Shown here: positions 60,185 to 64,000 of the stretch, piece by piece
Layout: each line of letters opens with the position of its first letter
How positions within the stretch are numbered: the stretch's first letter is position 1
NCBI GenBank assembly: GCA_965200965.1
Contig: OZ241744.1
Span: 3,232,001-3,296,000, forward strand
Direction: 5' to 3'
From: an uncultured Candidatus Binatia bacterium
GTDB taxonomy: Bacteria; Desulfobacterota; Binatia; Bin18
Length of the DNA stretch: 64,000 nucleotides
Made by a program: the position numbers and the translations under genes
Notes under the pieces: model-generated
The model's database searches: none
Seen by the model: only the letters and a program-made list of their open reading frames with translations
Told to the model about the DNA's origin: nothing

Positions 60185-61600
60185 ATGGCCTACGCAACAA
60201 GCATTCGATCCGAGCGCTTTGTGTTTGCCGACCTGCGCGAGGTCCTGGCCAAGGCCAATGAGGACAAATCAGGCGATTGTCTAGCTGGGATCGCGGCCTG
60301 CTCCGAACAGGAACGGGTCGCCGCCAAATGGGTCCTGGCCGACATTCCCCTGTCTGATCTGCTTGCCTGCCCCTTGATTGATCCCGATCAGGACGCGGTC
60401 AGTCGCCTGATCCTCGACAGCCTGGACCACGAGGCGTTTCACACGCTGGCCCATTTGACCGTTGGGGAGTTTCGGGAATATCTCCTTGACGACGCAACGG
60501 GTCAGCCACAACTCCAGCGCCTGCACGGGGCTATCCCGCCCGAGGCCGCAGCTGCGGTAGCCAAACTGATGAGCAACAAGGACTTGGTGCTGGCCGCGGC
60601 CAAAGTCCGCACCGTCACCCGCTGTCGCAATACAATGGGTGGGGCCGGGGTGCTGGGTATCCGTCTTCAGCCCAACCACCCCAGCGATGACCTGGGGGGT
60701 ATTCTGTTATCAGCCGTAGACGGCCTGCTGTTTGGCTGTGGGGATGCGGTGATTGGCGTCAACCCGGCCACCGAATCGGTTGACACCGTGTCAGCCATCT
60801 TGCACGGCCTCGACCGGCTGATCGAGACCTGTCAGATTCCGACCCAGGCCTGCTGCCTGGCCCATATCAGCACCCAACTGGCCAGCCTGGAGCGGGGCGC
60901 GCCGGTTGACCTGCTGTTCCAGTCGATTGCCGGCACGGAGGCGGCCAACGCCAGCTTTGGCATCACGCTGGAGCTGCTGCGTGAAGGACAACAACGGGTG
61001 CTGGAGCAGCATCGTCGGCGCGATGTGGAATGGGTCGGGGACAACGTGATGTATTTTGAGACCGGCCAGGGCAGCGCCCTGTCGGCCGATGCCCACCACC
61101 GGGTTGATCAGCTGACCCTGGAAGCCCGGACGTATGGGCTGGCACGGGTCTTTCAGCCCTTTCTGGTCAACAGCGTGGTCGGCTTTATCGGACCCGAATA
61201 TCTGGCTGACGAACGCCAGATCGTCCGCGCCGGCCTGGAAGATCACTTCATGGGCAAGCTGCTCGGTCTGCCGATGGGCTGTGATGTGTGCTATACCAAC
61301 CACGCTGCCGCGGACCAGAACTCGGCAGACAATCTGCTACTCCTGCTGGCCGCGGCCGGCTGCAACTATTTCATGGGCGTGCCGGGCGCAGACGACATCA
61401 TGCTCAACTATCAATCGACCAGCTTCCACGACGCGCTCGGCGTGCGCCGGCTGTTTCAGCTCACACCCGCCCCGGAGTTCCTGGCTTGGCTTGAGCAGAC
61501 CGGCATTTTTCACAATCGGCAGCCGGCCGAGGCCGACAGCCCGCTCCGCCAGCAGCTCGTTCGCCGTGTGCAGACAATTGAAGGGAGCCTCGGCGTATGA
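60185..61600 (+). CDS. eutB: Ethanolamine ammonia-lyase large subunit
   Basis: RLQPNHP.DD, GDAVIG.NP, MYFETGQGS, VVGFIGPEYL, GCDVCYTNH. Confidence 0.96.
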   Translation: MAYATSIRSERFVFADLREVLAKANEDKSGDCLAGIAACSEQERVAAKWVLADIPLSDLLACPLIDPDQDAVSRLILDSLDHEAFHTLAHLTVGEFREYLLDDATGQPQLQRLHGAIPPEAAAAVAKLMSNKDLVLAAAKVRTVTRCRNTMGGAGVLGIRLQPNHPSDDLGGILLSAVDGLLFGCGDAVIGVNPATESVDTVSAILHGLDRLIETCQIPTQACCLAHISTQLASLERGAPVDLLFQSIAGTEAANASFGITLELLREGQQRVLEQHRRRDVEWVGDNVMYFETGQGSALSADAHHRVDQLTLEARTYGLARVFQPFLVNSVVGFIGPEYLADERQIVRAGLEDHFMGKLLGLPMGCDVCYTNHAAADQNSADNLLLLLAAAGCNYFMGVPGADDIMLNYQSTSFHDALGVRRLFQLTPAPEFLAWLEQTGIFHNRQPAEADSPLRQQLVRRVQTIEGSLGV

Positions 61601-62376
61601 AACCTCCTGCTCACCACCCCCGTCAGGCCGACCTCATCCGAGCCGTTCGACACCGGACGCCGGCCCGCATCCTGATCGGCAGGGCCGGGCCCGCCTATCG
61701 GACCCATACCCAGCTCGCTCTGCGCCGGGATCATGCCGCGGCTCTTGATGCAGTCCAGGCCGAGCTTGAGCTTGAGCGAGACTTCGCTCCCGAACTGGTC
61801 AAGGGCTGGGGCTTGTTTATGGTGACGACCCGGGCCGAGACCAAGGCCGACTACCTGCTGCGGCCAGACCTGGGACGGCGTTTGAGTCCCCACGCTCGGC
61901 AACGCATCCAGGAGCGATGTCCACGCCGGGCTGACCTCCAGCTCGCCATTGGCGACGGTTTATCGGTGGCCGCGGTCAAAGCCCAGGTGCCGACGCTGCT
62001 TGATGAGCTGGCCCGGGGCGCGCAGCAGCAGGGCTGGCGCTTTGGTCAGCCGTTTGTGATTCGCCACTGCCGGGTGGGGGTGCTGAACGATATCGGGGAG
62101 ATTCTTGAGCCGAGTGTGGTGGTGTTATTGATTGGTGAGCGGCCCGGGCTGGCCACCGCCCGGAGTCTGTCGGCGTATATGGCCTATCAGCCACGCGCCG
62201 GCCATACCGACGCGGAGCGGAATCTCGTCTCGAATATCCACCACCGGGGCGTGACGCCCATCGCCGCGGCCGGACGCATTCTTGGGCTGGCGGAACGTTT
62301 GCGCCGCGCCCGGCACAGCGGGGTCAGTGTCAAGGAGCAGATCGCTGAACACCCGCACACGGGCCTGACAGGCTGA
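61597..62376 (+). CDS. eutC: Ethanolamine ammonia-lyase small subunit
   Basis: TPARI..GRAG, YL.RPDLGR.L, DGLS, LIGERPGL, RNLVSNI. Confidence 0.95.
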   Translation: MKPPAHHPRQADLIRAVRHRTPARILIGRAGPAYRTHTQLALRRDHAAALDAVQAELELERDFAPELVKGWGLFMVTTRAETKADYLLRPDLGRRLSPHARQRIQERCPRRADLQLAIGDGLSVAAVKAQVPTLLDELARGAQQQGWRFGQPFVIRHCRVGVLNDIGEILEPSVVVLLIGERPGLATARSLSAYMAYQPRAGHTDAERNLVSNIHHRGVTPIAAAGRILGLAERLRRARHSGVSVKEQIAEHPHTGLTG

Positions 62377-62412
62377 GGCCGAAGAGGGTGTCTGGACGAG
62401 AAAGGGGGAGCG

Positions 62413-62748
62413 GTGGAAGACACGCGCCAGGCTCAGCAGGAATCACAGCCGGCCCAGGAGTTGCCGTTGTGTCCCATCTGCAACCTGTACGCCGCCCAAC
62501 TGCGCCGCGGCAAGCTTCAATGCAGAAACTGCGGGTTTATTGAATCGTGACATGACTGTTCGTCCTCTGGCAGAGGACAGGCCGAGTGGATTCGGGCCTA
62601 TAGCGCCGAAGGCTTTGAGGCGCATGTGGAGCAACAGTTGGGGCTGCTTGACCGTCTCGCCGCGGCTGTACAGCGGCCGAGCGCGAACGGCTGGTCAAAC
62701 ATTTACGAATACCTGTTCCGGGAGCAGGCCTATCGCCAGGAGCAGTGA
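62413..62748 (+). CDS. Candidate selenoprotein, 111 aa: zinc ribbon (CxxC...CxxC) plus U-x-x-C motif, with TGA 62548-62550 read as Sec
   Basis: GTG after a purine-rich SD (AAGGGGG). Reads ...CPIC...KLQCRNCGFIES[TGA]HDC...; frame open 65 codons past the TGA; SECIS-like hairpin follows. Confidence 0.65.
62556..62580 (+). promoter_or_regulatory. Putative bacterial SECIS element
   Basis: Stem GTCCTCT/AGAGGAC (62562-62578) starts 11 nt after the TGA; small GG-containing apical loop; lower CT/AG pairing possible. Confidence 0.6.
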
Positions 62749-62850
62749 CCGGTCTAGGAGCAGTGATGAACTTTGGGACAATTGCGGCCAGAGCGATGGC
62801 CGTGGCCGAGCGAGCAGCGACTCCGTGGTGCCGAGGTCCCGGCCACCTTG

Positions 62851-63354
62851 TTATGTGCGTTGACCGAGGTAGCGCCGCAGGACATACAGCCCGTCGGGCG
62901 TATACGGCTCGGTCTGGGCATGGCGCAGGGTGTCGTGTGGCGTCAGCAGGATGACGCTTTCGATCTCTTCTACCTGGAGGCGCAGCGCTCCGTCGTAGAC
63001 GCAGGTGAAGGCACCGCCCCAGACATGATTGTGCTCGTCCTCAAAGGAGAACTCAAACAGCTTGGTCAGCGGCACGTCCCGAATGCCCAACTCCTCTTCC
63101 AGTTCGCGGACCGCCCCCTGTTCGTAGCTTTCGCCAGCCAGCACCACGCCGCCCGTAGCCAGGTCGTACCAGCCCGGAAAGACATCTTTGGTCATCGTCC
63201 GCTTCTGGACATGGAGTTGCCCCTGAGAGTTGAACACCAGGATATAGGTGCTGCGGTGCGGCAGACGCTTGGCCCGCATTTCACTGCGCGGGGCCGTGCC
63301 AACCAGCCTGTTGCGCTCATCCACAATGCCAACGATTTCGTCTGCGACGGTCAT
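62851..63354 (-). CDS. NUDIX hydrolase (YfcD/IDI-like)
   Basis: HR...I.VFN, QKR...KD..PG..D, GG.V..GE....A.RELEEELG; promoter TTGACA-17-TACCGT (63393-63365). Confidence 0.9.
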   Translation of the reverse strand: MTVADEIVGIVDERNRLVGTAPRSEMRAKRLPHRSTYILVFNSQGQLHVQKRTMTKDVFPGWYDLATGGVVLAGESYEQGAVRELEEELGIRDVPLTKLFEFSFEDEHNHVWGGAFTCVYDGALRLQVEEIESVILLTPHDTLRHAQTEPYTPDGLYVLRRYLGQRT

Positions 63355-63462
63355 GCCGGCGGCAACGGTACTGGGGCGCGCTAAGCCTGTCAAGCGAGCA
63401 TTACCCCGGGCCGGCGCGCTACAAACCAGGCAGAGCGCATTATTCACTCAGAGGACCGCGTC

Positions 63463-64000
63463 ATGTCAAACGCCCTTGCGATTTTTGCCAAAGCGCCGGT
63501 CGCCGGTCAGGTCAAAACCCGCCTGTGTCCGCCCCTGACACCCGAGCGTGCCGCCGAGCTGTCTCGGTGTTTTTTACTGGATACGCTTGAACGGATGTGT
63601 GGGCTGGAAGCGGTTGAGGTGTTCGTGGCCATCAGCCCGACCGACAGCGAGTCGCTCTTTCGCTCCTTGATTCCCTTTCCGGTCCGCTATCGGCCTCAGC
63701 GCGGTGCCTCGCTTGGCGAGCGCCAGCTCAATACGCTGGGCGATATGATGAGTGCCGGCTTCTCGCGTGCCCTCATCATTGGCAGCGATATTCCGACCCT
63801 GCCCGTGGCCTACGTTCAAGAAGCCTTCCGGCGGCTCGAAGACCCGGCCTGTGACGCGGTGTTCGGCCCCAGCCATGACGGCGGCTACTATCTGGTTGGC
63901 GCTCGCCAGCCACACCGCCGGCTGTTTGAAAACATTGTGTGGAGTACCCCACAGGTGTTACAGCAGACCCTGGCACAGGCGCGCAAGTACGGCTATGCGG
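63463..64000 (+). CDS. DUF2064/TIGR04282-family glycosyltransferase-like protein (3'-truncated by window)
   Basis: IFAKAP..G.VKTRL, Q.G..LGER, IIGSD.P.L, GP..DGGYYL.G, I.WST..VL..T. Missing from the ORF track because the stop lies outside the window. Confidence 0.88.
   Translation, partial: MSNALAIFAKAPVAGQVKTRLCPPLTPERAAELSRCFLLDTLERMCGLEAVEVFVAISPTDSESLFRSLIPFPVRYRPQRGASLGERQLNTLGDMMSAGFSRALIIGSDIPTLPVAYVQEAFRRLEDPACDAVFGPSHDGGYYLVGARQPHRRLFENIVWSTPQVLQQTLAQARKYGYA

Noticed and set aside
60185-62376. eutBC without microcompartment genes
   Set aside because: Minimal eutBC operons are widespread.
62540-62863. ORF-track calls 62540-62863 (+), 62443-62634 (-) and 62773-63384 (+)
   Set aside because: No motifs or RBS. 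The region is better explained by the Sec read-through frame 62413-62748 and the NUDIX gene.

Overview
GC-rich chromosomal window from a Gram-negative bacterium of deltaproteobacterial type. The gene content and many LLM/MBL/thiolase genes are reminiscent of Candidatus Binatia-like lineages (inference only). The housekeeping backbone is bamA-fabZ-lpxA-lpxI, plsC-rnj-ftsK-lolA, tatA, pckG-pduO, folK, recQ, a rfaE2-gmhA fusion, eutBC and two tRNA-Ala genes. Accessory content includes a 1074-aa repeat/beta-propeller surface protein, a Hel308/Ski2-like helicase with a 490-aa unknown partner, an orphan Gp5 OB-fold gene, a low-GC AvaI/BsoBI-type R-M pair, a CusCBA efflux pump and several frameshifted pseudogenes. 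Three highlights are absent from the ORF track. (1) A candidate new selenoprotein at 62413-62748: a CxxC...CxxC zinc ribbon, an in-frame TGA in a U-H-D-C motif, a SECIS-like hairpin starting 11 nt downstream, and 65 more open codons. (2) A dispersed ~50-nt hairpin element in two copies 35 kb apart, with a conserved 19-nt loop and compensatory stem changes. (3) A BsoBI-family nuclease with a natural Asp-to-Ala change at the position equivalent to the specificity residue D246. All calls come from reading motifs by eye; no database searches were run.
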